A stretch of DNA of 63,884 nt, the filler included, from Octopus bimaculoides (taxonomy: Eukaryota): assembly GCF_001194135.2 (NCBI RefSeq). It is 7 parts of 7 records of this genome, joined end to end, with 100 filler letters (N's around TTAATTAATTAA, not from the genome) between each part and the next. Parts side by side here need not be neighbours in the genome. Positions count along the whole stretch, not along the records: positions 28,325 to 40,141 come from NC_068990.1; positions 40,242 to 56,104 come from NC_068998.1; 5 more parts are not named here. The stretch is one strand, 5' to 3'. This document shows, in pieces, positions 38,711 to 51,469 of the stretch. The notes below the pieces were generated by a model. The model worked only from the letters and a program-made list of their open reading frames with translations, did no database searches and was not told the DNA's origin. The first letter of the stretch is position 1, and every line of letters begins with the position of its first letter. A program made the translations under genes and the position numbers.

Positions 38711-39511
38711 AATATCTGTCTGTCTGTATGTCAATCTGTCAGTCAGTATGTCTGTCTCTGTCTCTGTTTCTCTCTCCTCCTCCCCTCTCTCTGTCTCTGT
38801 CTGTCTACAGACAGACAGATAGATAGATACATTGATCAACACCCATTCATACGCACACAAAAGTACACATGCATATACACTCGAACGCTCTCACACATTG
38901 TTTATTTTGACAGTCATATTAACCATTAGTAATTAATTAGACACATACACACATACATACACATTGTTTATCCATTTCACATTTAATCCTTTCTTTAATG
39001 TAAACTGTGAAATTCTTTCAACACACTTCCGTAACCCATTCACTGCCACTTTTCTACATATTTTATTCTGCTTATAGATGCGTGCGAGCGTCTGTGTATA
39101 TGCATGTGTGTCCTCGTATATATATGTATATATATATTAACAGGCATATACATACATTATGTGAATGTCTTTTTTCCGTGCCTGCTTCTGTATGTGTGTG
39201 TGTCTGTGTGTGTGTGCGTGCAGGCGTGCGCGTGTGCGTGTGTGTCTGTGTGTGTGTACGTGTGTGTGTGTGTACGTGTGTGTGTGTGTACGTGTGTGTG
39301 TGGGTGTGTGTGTGTGTGTGTGTGTGTAACTATGTGTGTATTTCTATAATTTATTTAGACTACACTCAGAAATCTCTTTTCGCTGAAACCGTATCTTAAT
39401 AGGAACGGTCTGGTGAATGTATTAATATTTGTCTGCGTGTTTCAAATTTCGTCAAGTTTATCCTAGGATTCAAAAGGACTAGGACGAGACACAGACAGAG
39501 AGAAAGAGGTC

Positions 39512-39542
<31 letters not shown>

Positions 39543-39769
39543 GCTGAGATTAAGAAAGAGACTGAGAGTGAGAAACAGACAGCAGAGAGATAGACAGACA
39601 GGGGATTGAAATAGGGAAGGAGAAGGCTTGACACTTGTAAACCGTTTGAGAAAAATAGAGAGATAGAAAGGGTGAGTTTATTTTTAGATATATTGAGAAT
39701 GTTGGCAGCGGAATTTTCCGCCAAATGTTATTAAAAAAAATGAGCCACCACAACAACAACGATAATAAT

Positions 39770-39983
39770 CATTTCTACTGTAGGCACAAGGCCTGAAAAT
39801 TAGTAGGTGAAGATAGTCGATTACAGCGACCCCACTGCGTCAATTGGTACTTAATTCATCAACCCCGAAAGGATGAAAGGCAAAATCGACCTCGGCAGAA
39901 TTTGAACTCAAAACGGAAGGACAGACGAAATGCCGCTAAGCATTCCATCCAGCGTGCTGACGATTCTGCCAGCTCGTCGCCTT
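39770..39983 (-). mobile_element. Full-length SINE family A
   Basis: ATTTCTACTGTAGGCACAAGGCC...GATTCTGCCAGCTCGTCGCCTT. Confidence 0.88.
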
Positions 39984-39984
39984 G

Positions 39985-40037
<53 letters not shown>

Positions 40038-40039
40038 TA

Positions 40040-40141
40040 CAGCATTACAGAAAAAGACTTACCTGAGGCAAAAGAAAAACTAAAGCAAGACATCCTTGCC
40101 AAAGCACAGAGGATCCGCCGGTATGAGAAACGCCAACGTTT
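40040..40141 (+). mobile_element. R4/Dong-type LINE fragment upstream of the RT, after (AAT)n
   Basis: EKLKQDILAKAQRIRRYEKRQR resembles the conserved LKQ.L.AKAQRIRRY segment. Confidence 0.7.
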
Positions 40142-40654
40142 NNNNNNNNNNNNNNNNNNNNNNNNNNNNNNNNNNNNNNNNNNNNTTAATTAATTAANNN
40201 NNNNNNNNNNNNNNNNNNNNNNNNNNNNNNNNNNNNNNNNNTATATATACGTATATAATTGCAGCGTGGTAGATAGTTGTAAACCACTAAAAACACAATA
40301 AACGTTAGATTCACTGCAACATTTTAATTCGATTTGGTTTGATGTATTTTCGTCGCTTTCAAACCGCGAACTGTTCTGAGGAACTAAAAATCAGTTCGTG
40401 ACATATATGTGTTTACGTATGTAAGTACGTATGTATGCATATATGTATGTAAGTATATGTGTACGTGCGTAGGCATGCATATACTCTTGTATGTATATAT
40501 GTAGTTATGCAGTTGTGTATGTATGCATGTATGTATGTATGTATGGATGGATGGATGGATGGATGGATGATGGATGGATGGATGGATGTACGTGGGTATT
40601 TATGACTGTGTAAACGTAAGTGCGTGTGTGTATATGTCTATGTACATGTAAACG

Positions 40655-41500
40655 TGTTAAAAACTTACGGTGATATCATACAAATAAAGGATAGTGAATA
40701 AATGATAAATGATATGGGTGGCTAATTCGCAAATTAACTCACGATAAGCAGTAATACAAGGGCTTCAATCGGCACCAGTATTTCAAGAAAAGAGGTTGAA
40801 ACAACTTTATAACCACAGAAGCGGATCTTAATCAACTGACAAAGGGTGTAAGTACTCGCCACGGTCTTTAATAAAGCCTGATCAACGATTGTTTCACATT
40901 TCGACGCTTAAATCACCTTAACGCTCATCAGTGGTTCTCACTGCACGTACGGTTGAACCAATCTGGAGTTGTCAGCTCATAGATTTTAGTTAAAAGCATA
41001 CGCTGTCTTTATACATAGAAAAACGGAAAATTATAAAGAGTATGTTTGGCTAATTCGCAAATTTACTACTTGAAGGCAGAAACATATGCGTCACTAATGA
41101 GTTCAAAGGGCACTAATAAGCACCAGTATTGCTAGAAATAAAGTCAATACAATTCAATAGCCACAAAAGTACGTTCTCAAGGGGTTCCAAGGGAGACAAG
41201 CTGACACATGATTACAGATTACAGATATAGCCACCCCACTGGGGATCCCGTATTTTGATGTTTATCGAATCTTGACGAACAACGGTTGCTCTCAACGCTC
41301 CTAGAGTTATAACCATCTAGCATCGTCAGATTATAAGATTTCCCTTAAAATCATACGCTTGTTCCATGCACGGGAAAGGTGAAAATTATAAACGATATCG
41401 GAAGCTAATTCATAATTTTACTGCATTAAGGCAGAAATATATCCATCACTAAGGGAAACGGAGTTCATTAATCAGCAGCAGTGTTTCACGTTCCCGTTCA
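40655..41500. repeat. Diverged tandem triplication with a period of about 330-355 bp
   Basis: GCTAATTC(GC/AT)A at 40721, 41049 and 41404; GCA(C/G)CAGT(A/G)TT at 40772, 41120 and 41475; TAAAA(G/T)CATACGCT...GAAAATTATAAA at about 40991 and 41346. Confidence 0.8.
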
Positions 41501-41941
41501 TCTGCCCGATGTCATCCACTTCCAGAAAGTTTCAACGCCTTGCGATACCAACCCAAATCCCAAACTAGAATATGTGGAAGTTTCAATTCAAATATAATGG
41601 GCAAAAATTCCACATACTAATACTTTATTAAAATGCATTTAAGTAGTGTATCGTAATGTCTTTTTTTTCCCGACAACATATAAAAAAAACAAAACATGCC
41701 TTGCATTTATTACACGAGGGAAACATGACACATCAGATAAAATTGTACGTATCTAAAGTACTTTAAAATTCAAATCTTAACAGTTCTGATTGTGTTTGAC
41801 GCGAGTAACAACGATGAAATATGTTATATTTCTTCTTCTTCTTCTTCTTCTCCTTGAAGGTAAGTAATATCCATATCATTTTCCTTCATCCCGAAACGTG
41901 TTAGGTATTCATGATCTCTGAATACCTATATATCTATACCA

Positions 41942-41988
<47 letters not shown>

Positions 41989-41990
41989 TC

Positions 41991-42021
<31 letters not shown>

Positions 42022-43442
42022 TCTTTATATATATATATATATANNNNNNNNNNNNNNNNNNNNNNNNNNNNNNNNNNNNNNNNNNNNNNNNNNNNNNNNN
42101 NNNNNNNNNNNNNNNNNNNNNNNNNNNNNNNNNNNNNNNNNNNNNNNNNNNNNNNNNNNNNNNNNNNNNNNNNNNNNNNNNNNNNNNNNNNNNNNNNNNN
42201 NNNNNNNNNNNNNNNNNNNNNNNNNNNNNNNNNNNNNNNNNNNNNNNNNNNNNNNNNNNNNNNNNNNNNNNNNNNNNNNNNNNNNNNNNNNNNNNNNNNN
42301 NNNNNNNNNNNNNNNNNNNNNNNNNNNNNNNNNNNNNNNNNNNNNNNNNNNNNNNNNNNNNNNNNNNNNNNNNNNNNNNNNNNNNNNNNNNNNNNNNNNN
42401 NNNNNNNNNNNNNNNNNNNNNNNNNNNNNNNNNNNNNNNNNNNNNNNNNNNNNNNNNNNNNNNNNNNNNNNNNNNNNNNNNNNNNNNNNNNNNNNNNNNN
42501 NNNNNNNNNNNNNNNNNNNNNNNNNNNNNNNNNNNNNNNNNNNNNNNNNNNNNNNNNNNNNNNNNNNNNNNNNNNNNNNNNNNNNNNNNNNNNNNNNNNN
42601 NNNNNNNNNNNNNNNNNNNNNNNNNNNNNNNNNNNNNNNNNNNNNNNNNNNNNNNNNNNNNNNNNNNNNNNNNNNNNNNNNNNNNNNNNNNNNNNNNNNN
42701 NNNNNNNNNNNNNNNNNNNNNNNNNNNNNNNNNNNNNNNNNNNNNNNNNNNNNNNNNNNNNNNNNNNNNNNNNNNNNNNNNNNNNNNNNNNNNNNNNNNN
42801 NNNNNNNNNNNNNNNNNNNNNNNNNNNNNNNNNNNNNNNNNNNNNNNNNNNNNNNNNNNNNNNNNNNNNNNNNNNNNNNNNNNNNNNNNNNNNNNNATAT
42901 ATGAATATATATATATATATATAAGACGTTTGCGAAGACACAATTGTCTCTAATATTATCTAGTGAAACAATTTGAAATCAGAATCAATAATAATAGGCG
43001 ATTGCGGGGTTGAACCGGTTTTCAAATTTCAAAGTAATGTACATTAAAGAGGAATATGTGTATTTTGCTTAACAACAAACAAAATGAGGAGAAATATCCA
43101 TCAAATATAAATAATGGAAATATTAGAAAAGATAATGATATAATTGAATACTTATTGACCAAAATGTTCTTCGATTTCAAGGTTATGCACTAGTAGAGAT
43201 CTGCTATGAATTAGCCAAGTCATATTGTCATGAAGCTATCGTAAAATATCCCGAAAAGAAGCCGGATAGACACATATGCGAGTAAATATGCTTTTTTTCT
43301 ACAATTATTTCTCATATTTTTATACATAAATTTATAATTACTGATGTTTGAATTTTTCCTGTATGTTGTCACATGACGCCTAGCACTTTATACTAATTAT
43401 ATATATANNNNNNNNNNNNNNNNTATCAATTCATTAACTCTG

Positions 43443-43930
43443 ATGTTTTATCCCAACAATTCTAAAAGTTTTTTTATGGCTATGAGTTCTGTTATGATTA
43501 TGAGTTGCGATGTATTCCAGAGAGCTCGACACACCAACGATGTTGTTGGTGAAGATATAGCGAATTCGAGCACTGTATGTCACTGAGTTTTGCAGTTCCA
43601 TTCTGGTGGCATTGCTTTTGAAAACCGTGCTATACTTGAGTACAAAGAAGAAAATAATGAACTGGAATCTGGAGTGGATGCAGATAGATATCAAATTACG
43701 CATGAGGCAGCAGCAAGGTTTGATGTTTCGATTTCAAGTTAAAGAAACTGGACAAGTTGGTACGAACTGAACGAGCAACAAATGAACCGTTGTCTTTAAA
43801 ACTTGCTCTGCTTTGCTGTCAAGGCATAAAAGCGAAATATTTTGCATCGTATAGTTGCACATTATAAAAATAATAGCAAGCGTTCCAAACGGTGATTGGT
43901 TAGAGAAGAAGTGCAAAGTGAAAATTCTTT
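43443..43930 (+). pseudogene. Highly degraded mariner transposase, N-terminal half
   Basis: TNDVVGEDIANSSTVCH*VLQFHSGGIAFEN...ELESGVDAD..QITHEAAARFDVSIS...KKLDK...CSALLSRHKSE resembles the mariner HTH-linker region. Confidence 0.7.
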
Positions 43931-44960
43931 GATCGACGCTATTACAATACATACAGAAACTCCACAGAGTGAACAATATTGGCAGCTGTTTTTAAAAGGT
44001 ACTGTAAATGAAAGTATATATGAAATATTTTCAGATATATCACATTTTAACTTTATCTCGCAATCTCTTTTTATCTTTTAGTCGCTTAAATCATATGACG
44101 GGTTGTTATAATAGGCAACGGAATCCGTGTGCTTCATCGATCAGACAAATGGCTTACAAACACCTCTGTGGTATGATATTTTAATTACTTATAATATTAT
44201 TGTGAGAAATGTTGTATCAGATGGAATTTCGTGCAATAATAATTATTGCACTGGGAACGGAATCGATTTTTCAGTGACAGTAAATATTATCTGAAAATAA
44301 AAACGTATTTAAGCATTTCTACACAGTTAGCCATTAGAACAATCACAGCAATTGAATTTTGCATCAAATTTGATGTAGTAATTACCAATAAGAGATAACT
44401 GTTTGGTCAGTCGCTTCCATAATCAAAATAAATATTTTAGTGTTACCTTGTAAATTTATCAAATATGAAAGAATGAAGCAGAGAGAGAACACGGAAATTT
44501 ATGTAACGAATTCTCGCATTAGGTATTTAAGATTTAATGAGGCATTGCTTGGAAAGCCAGTGCTCTGCTAATAATCGAAAACTAACGGAACCCCAAACTT
44601 CCTATTAAATCTAGGTTTTCTGCTTAAACTGAAACGCACTATTGCTATGGGTTCACGGATTATACGTCAAGTGAAATGATGAAATGCCGCGTCAGCTGTT
44701 ACTCGTGAGTCTCACGTAAGAATTTTTATAACTATATAAGTATTCTTCGGTTTTCTTTTGTCAGTTTCATAGCACATCAAATATTTAATTTTTAATGTTG
44801 AAAAAAGAAGAAATTTAATGAACTACACTCACTATGCCACTAAATTTACCTAATACTAATATTCTTGCACACGTCTGTTTTTGTCAAGTAACCGTTACAC
44901 CCTTGGAAGTCCATTAAAGATGTTATCTTAAAAATGCAATCAGCCTATTGTTAAATTATA

Positions 44961-45085
44961 ATATATGCAGAGTTTTGTCAGAATCTGCTCTCTTGTGTAG
45001 GCAACAAATTGAAAAACAGAAATTGCCATTTATATATTTATGTGTGTGTGTGTTTGTGTATGCATATATATATGTGTATATATAA

Positions 45086-45138
<53 letters not shown>

Positions 45139-45223
45139 AATGGCAATTTCTCTTTTTCGATCTGTCTTTTACCGCCTCGCTGCCTACACAAGAGAGCCGA
45201 TCCTGACAAAACTGTGCATATAT
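44961..45223. mobile_element. Fold-back MITE with 75-90-bp inverted arms around a microsatellite core
   Basis: ATATATGCAGAGTTTTGTCAGAATCTGCTCTCTTGTGTAGGCA...GAAATTGCCATTTATAT and its reverse complement at 45130-45223. Confidence 0.8.
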
Positions 45224-45352
45224 GATAATGTAACTATAGGCTGATTGAATATATNNNNNNNNNNNNNNNNNNNNNNNNNNNNNNNNNNNNNNNNNNNNNN
45301 NNNNNNNNNNNNNNNNNNNNNNNNNNNNNNNNNNNNNNNNNNNNNNNNNNNN

Positions 45353-45402
<50 letters not shown>

Positions 45403-46002
45403 TTGTGTTTGTGTGTATATACATAGATATGTATATATGTAAACATTCATCTCATTTGCATAATGTCTTCAAGTCATTTTGTTTAAATATATATTTCTTA
45501 TTTTTGCAGATGACACTACGAAAGATACCAATTGTAATTGTGATTTTTTTCCATCTGGAGAAATAAACAATTCAATAAAGCACTGTGTTGGTATATTTCA
45601 ATATCTGTGCCATATTTTGTCGTTGGTGGGATTTCCAAAATATATTTGTTGAAATTATACCACTAGGTTTCAATATTAGCTGTTGATAAAAAAAGAAAAT
45701 AAATGTGTAAGACCATTGTTTCACTAAATGCTTGAATATAGTTGATGCCACAAATAACTGTTCTACCTCTATGTATATACAGCAAGACTATTAGCTATTC
45801 TTACTGTTGCTCCCTAAACATCATAACTTGTTCTGCATGTTTAAATATTACATCAAGTTTATTGTACCAAGCAACGTACAATTTTATCAATATTTTACTA
45901 TGGCTGTTCAATTAAATTGTCTCCTAACCTACTTCCGTTTATTGCGAGAAACACAACTTGTACAGGTATAATGATACATGTCTCTACATGTTACATTTTA
46001 AA

Positions 46003-46760
46003 TTAATTGCTGCACAAGACCAAAGCCTCCCCACCAGAAATTATCAAAAACATATAATGAAAAGAAACAAACATGACAAGTAGCTGTAGAATATGTGGAG
46101 ATGGACAAGAAACAATAAATCATATTATCTCTGGCTACCCAGTCCTGGCTAAGAAGGAATATATTCACAGACACGACAGAGCTGGGAACTATATACACTG
46201 GAAACTATGCCAACACTATGGAATAACAGCAGAAAAAAGATGGTATAAACACACGCCAGAAAAGGTCACAGAAAACGAGAGCGCAACCATACTCTGGGAT
46301 ATGCCATTACACACAGATAGAGAGATTAAGGCGAATAGACCAGATATAGTTGTCAAAGATCATGAAGAAAAAAAATGCTTTCTAATTGATGTATCAATAC
46401 CAGCAGATGACAACGTTTCCCTAAAAGAAATGGAAAAACTTTCAAAATACAAAGACCTGGAAATAGAGGTAACTCGAATGTGGAATCTAAAAACAGAAAC
46501 CATTCCTATCATAGTAGGTGCCTTAGGTATAATAAAAAAAATATTCAGACAAATACATAACAAAATCACCAGGACTTACAAATATATATAACATACAGAA
46601 AATTGCACTACTGGGCACTGCACACATCCTACGCAAAATACTTTCAATACAGTAACCATAAGAGAATCACAGCAAACAACAGCACATACCCAAGGCACAC
46701 AGAGCTGCGCTCGGTAGTGAAGTGAGAGCACGTTATAAAAATAAAACTACTGACCAATAA
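46003..46760 (+). mobile_element. R4/Dong-type LINE 3' end (zinc knuckle, RLE, 3' UTR)
   Basis: IAAQDQSLPTRNY, CRICGDGQETINHIISG, HRHD, ANRPDIVVKD, LIDVSIP, EKLSKYKDL, PIIVGALG. Confidence 0.92.
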
Positions 46761-46789
46761 TACTTATAATAAATACAACCCTGTTAACT

Positions 46790-47090
46790 ACGAAATAACC
46801 TGGCTATAGAAAATGAAGAAGGTGAAGATAGTGCCAATTATCGCTGCGGTCTTGCGAACAGTATCTGAATGCATCAAGAGGAATATAAAGGAAATAAAAA
46901 TAGAATAGAACTCTTAGAAATGGCTTGCCTCCTTGGCACAACAAGAATAATCAGGCAAGTATTAGATAGCTGAAAAGAATGGATAGCATGGAACTGTAGG
47001 CTGCAGGCAGCAAGCCCGCTACGCATGCGAGACTTCAGGAGCTCTAAAAAAACCTGTGATGAAGAGAAAAAATAATAATAATAATAATAA
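46790..47090 (+). mobile_element. Second R4/Dong-type 3' fragment with (AAT)n tail
   Basis: KVKIVPII...MACLLGTTRIIRQVLD-like translation. Confidence 0.65.
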
Positions 47091-47091
47091 C

Positions 47092-47704
47092 GGATGCAGT
47101 ACGGGGCAGTGGCTCTCATGGCTTCTGATCTTAATTGATTGGAAGTGTTATCATGTACATTGTTTTGTCTTGGTATAAAAGATGGGCTACAGCAAATATT
47201 CTGCTCAATACCACAGATTTGCTTGTCAGTTGTTTGACCTTAACCAGTTGAGCATGTTCTTTGAGGGCTGACGATATGTGCATCTCTGATCATGAGCAGA
47301 AGTAATGGGGGAGCATCATAGCCATGTGATGAGAGGAATTATTTTTGGTTTGAATAATTCACCTTTGGAAACATGGGTGTTTTGCTCAACATCCTTAAAC
47401 CTTATTCAGGGACCTTTTGAGGGAGATGGGCTACTCGACCTGAAGAAAATTCTAACTGGGCCCCACCTGCGAGGTTATGCGCTGTTTATCTTGATATGAG
47501 ATCACCATGTCGNNNNNNNNNNGCCCCACCTGCGAGGTTATGCGCTGTTTATCTTGATATGAGATCACCATGTCGCGCACATATGGTTGTGATGCATGTG
47601 CCTGGTGTACCCTTATCAGACGGGTAGTCATGATGGGTATATTGGGCTTCGTATATTTTAACCCAGTGTCACTTTGATGGCATGCACTACTCCCTCAGTC
47701 AATG

Positions 47705-47705
<1 letters not shown>
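47092..47705. repeat. Unclassified repeat-like segment of about 600 bp between two (AAT)n tracts
   Basis: GC-richer block bounded by (AAT)n inside the LINE cluster; no coding motif recognised. Confidence 0.45.
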
Positions 47706-47771
<66 letters not shown>

Positions 47772-47774
<3 letters not shown>

Positions 47775-48400
47775 AAGGAAACGGGTGGAGTCTCGTTATG
47801 GGCTCATAAGGATACATCTAGTGATGGTGGAGCAATAAAAACACTGGTAATTGCGCAACCTGATAATCGCTACCTCATATGAGTGACAATGAAGAAATAA
47901 AATATTGTAAATAACGGTGGTAATGAAACTGAAGCCAATGATGGTGACAGTGTTGCACCCGGTAGGCTCAGAGATTCTGGTCCGGCTGCAGCCTGTCGAT
48001 ATCCAGAAAGGGCCACCACACACGGCGTAGGTGGAGCAAACAAATTAATGCTGTGGTCATGGAGTGTTACTACCTGAGCAACCCGGTAGATGAAAATGGT
48101 GCTCAAATTAGGGGTTATCTACAACGTATGTATGATAATTGTAGAGAAAATGGATTGTTTCAAATCACGGAAGAGGGACTATGTGATCAAGCTAGAGCAA
48201 TAAGAAAAAAAAAAAGGCTGGTTCACAGTTGAGATAGAGGCTATCAAAAGACGGGTCATGGACAATAGCAGCATAGATAAGAATAAAAATACAGTTCTTA
48301 CTAGTAAGAGTAATCTCATAGCACAGGAAAGGAGCAGTGGTAGATTACTTTATGAGAGGCATATAGCGGATCTAAAATAAGTTAGACCAAAATCCCATGC
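47772..48400 (+). mobile_element. 5' region of an R4/Dong-type LINE (N-terminal domain)
   Basis: ECYYLSNPVDENGAQIRGYLQRMYDNCRENGLFQITEEGLCDQARAIRKKKGW resembles the N-terminal ECYY...RGYRQRM...EQRL.DQARAI motif; preceded by a long (AAT)n. Confidence 0.72.
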
Positions 48401-48887
48401 AAGGATTTGGTACACAGAAAGTAAAATGAAGCCAGTCACCTAATACAATATAATATGAAAGTAACGTGCCGGCGCCTTTTGATTAATTATGCGTTGTTTG
48501 CATGTCATGTCAAAGTGATACATGATAATATATTCGATAAGAAACACGCAGTATGTTAAATATATATTATAAGTTATGAATATCGTTTATCAGATTGTCA
48601 CGCAATAAAATATAAATTTAGCGCATGTGTGCTTACTTAAAAACCACCTGCAGCCGCACGGTTATTCCTTTATATAAGGAGCAGGGAATATATGCTTGAC
48701 CACCGCTTCATCGGGGTGAACGATACCCGTCTTGTCTCCGTTGTCCTCAGTAAGTAGAGATTCATTTAATTTCGTTGTTTATGCAATTAGTTCTCCCAAA
48801 AAATTCACGCTCAGTGAGTAATAAATGTACACGTAAATTTACACAAATCAACATACAGCACTTCCCCACAAATAAACCCACACAAAA

Positions 48888-48924
<37 letters not shown>

Positions 48925-49502
48925 TATATATATTTTGCACACATACATACGTGCGTATAGGCGGTAAAAGGCGATTGAGAGGACTGAAACAAATAAAAGA
49001 AAAAATATTATATATATATATATACGTTTATATATAACTCAATGTTATATGTGTATGTGCGCTTGTGTCTGTGTGTATTTCTTATATAGGTCTATACTTA
49101 CGCGTTGTTGATGTGAATAACACATTGAAAAACCTGTAGAAATAGGACAGCTATGGACAAATGCTTAAGCTCCCATATCAAGATAATAAATTCTCGTTTA
49201 TGAAAATAATATTGGATGTTCTGTTTTTAATTAGTGAATGCCTGATTTACGATCCCGATAGGCCAAGATTCAAGAAAAAAATATCCACCAAACAACTGGG
49301 ATATCATATGTACAACCATTAAGAGAAATATTAAATTGAGAATCACAAGCCTCTTCATAAATTTAATGTGTTTCTTTGATTTTGCTATATGGATTCCAAT
49401 GAGGGAGCATTATACCTTAGCTAGAAACCAAGACTTTCACTAGAAACTGAACATACACACATAGTCATATGCGCACACACGTACATACATACACGGGCAC
49501 AC

Positions 49503-49653
49503 AAGGCGGCGAGCTAGCAGAAACGTTAGCACGCCGGGCGAAATGCTTAGCGGTATTTCGTCTGCCGTTACGTTCTATGTCCAAATTCCGCTAAGGTCGT
49601 CTTTGCCATTCATCCTTTCGGGGTCGATAAATTAAGTACCAGTTAGGCACTGG
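49503..49653 (+). mobile_element. SINE family A, 3'-truncated
   Basis: AAGGCGGCGAGCTAGCAGAAACGTTAGCACGCCGGGCGAAATGCTTAGCGG...AAGTACCAGTT. Confidence 0.9.
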
Positions 49654-50951
49654 AAAAGAGATTATTCTGAAATAGTTTAATATTTATACATATTGTACAC
49701 TTAAATACTGACTCATCATATATTAAGCGAAAAGAAATGTTTGCTTACTTTTGTTATTTATTTATTTCGAGTGCAAACGGTGCGAATCGAGTGTAAAAAA
49801 GAAATGATGTGGTTTTAGCGTCATTTGACGTCTATTTGTAAAGTGTAGGTACTGTTTCTGAAAACCTTTAACTATTTTTACACACACACACACACACATA
49901 CATATACACACTCATACACACACTCACACACACACGCAGACACACTCACACATACACACACGCACACACACACANNNNNNNNNNNNNNNNNNNNNNNNNN
50001 NNNNNNNNNNNNNNNNNNNNNNNNNNNNNNNNNNNNNNNNNNNNNNNNNNNNNNNNNNNNNNNNNNNNNNNNNNNNNNNNNNNNNNNNNNNNNNNNNNNN
50101 NNNNNNNNNNNNNNNNNNNNNNNNNNNNNNNNNNNNNNNNNNNNNNNNNNNNNNNNNNNNNNNNNNNNNNNNNNNNNNNNNNNNNNNNNNNNNNNNNNNN
50201 NNNNNNNNNNNNNNNNNNNNNNNNNNNNNNNNNNNNNNNNNNNNNNNNNNNNNNNNNNNNNNNNNNNNNNNNNNNNNNNNNNNNNNNNNNNNNNNNNNNN
50301 NNNNNNNNNNNNNNNNNNNNNNNNNNNNNNNNNNNNNNNNNNNNNNNNNNNNNNNNNNNNNNNNNNNNNNNNNNNNNNNNNNNNNNNNNNNNNNNNNNNN
50401 NNNNNNNNNNNNNNNNNNNNNNNNNNNAACATTTCGCACAGGCCGGAATCTGATATTGCGCTAGATATATAATAGCAGAAAATGGTAGTGGAATTCTGTT
50501 CACTAAAGACATCCAAAGTGATATGACGGACTCGAAGTGCTTCCAGACACGAGAGTGATATACGTCGACAACAACATATTGATGGTGACACCTGCAGAGA
50601 TTCATATAATATACACACACACACACACACATACATATACACACTCATACACACACTCACACACACACGCAGACACACTCACACATACACACACGCACAC
50701 ACACACANNNNNNNNNNTATATATATATATATATAAACTTGTCAGTTAGGTAAGATTATTGAAAACACCATATTTATCAAAATTCTTGACAGTTTTACAT
50801 AATATATCTGATGCATATATGCATTATTGTTGATAAGTATATTGTTTTTTTTATGGGAATGTGCCTTGTAGTCTATTATAGCCATGGGCCGACCAATGGC
50901 GTGTGAGTGGATTTTGTAGACGGAAACTCTAATGATACCGTCGTATCGTGT

Positions 50952-50985
<34 letters not shown>

Positions 50986-51398
50986 GAGTTCACGTAGCCT
51001 TCACTTAGGAGTTCGGTATAAGAGTTCGACAGAACAAGTTCCAGATTCACGAGGGATATGTGATGGGGACGATTTATTCCAGTAGAGGCCCCAGTTAAAT
51101 GAGTGAAACAATTAAAACAATATAAGAATATAAGAATAATATCTGTACTTGATACTTGCATACATAACCGCATATAATAACTCTTTAACCAAACGGCTAC
51201 ATTGAAACAATTCCTGTCGATTCCATCGTTTGACAGATTAAAATTTCAAGAACTTTATATTAGGACAGTCATGCTCTCTCTATGTATAAAATTGATAAAA
51301 TAATACCCAAACGAAATCCTGTACGTCTCGAATTTTATTGTTCAATTACTACCAGTGTGAAATAAAATAAATCTATGCATACATAAAATACACACAAA

Positions 51399-51469
<71 letters not shown>

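Noticed and set aside
40655-41500. Period of about 330 bp as cadherin-repeat (protocadherin) coding sequence
   Set aside because: The frames I translated are interrupted by stops and show no cadherin motifs (DxD, LDRE, DxNDN)
41850-41866. Perfect splice donor GAAG/GTAAGT as evidence of a host exon
   Set aside because: No supporting acceptor or reading frame; such hexamers occur by chance
48700-48760. Minus-strand CTGAGGA and CCGATGAAG as a ribozyme core
   Set aside because: No correctly placed GAAA or stems
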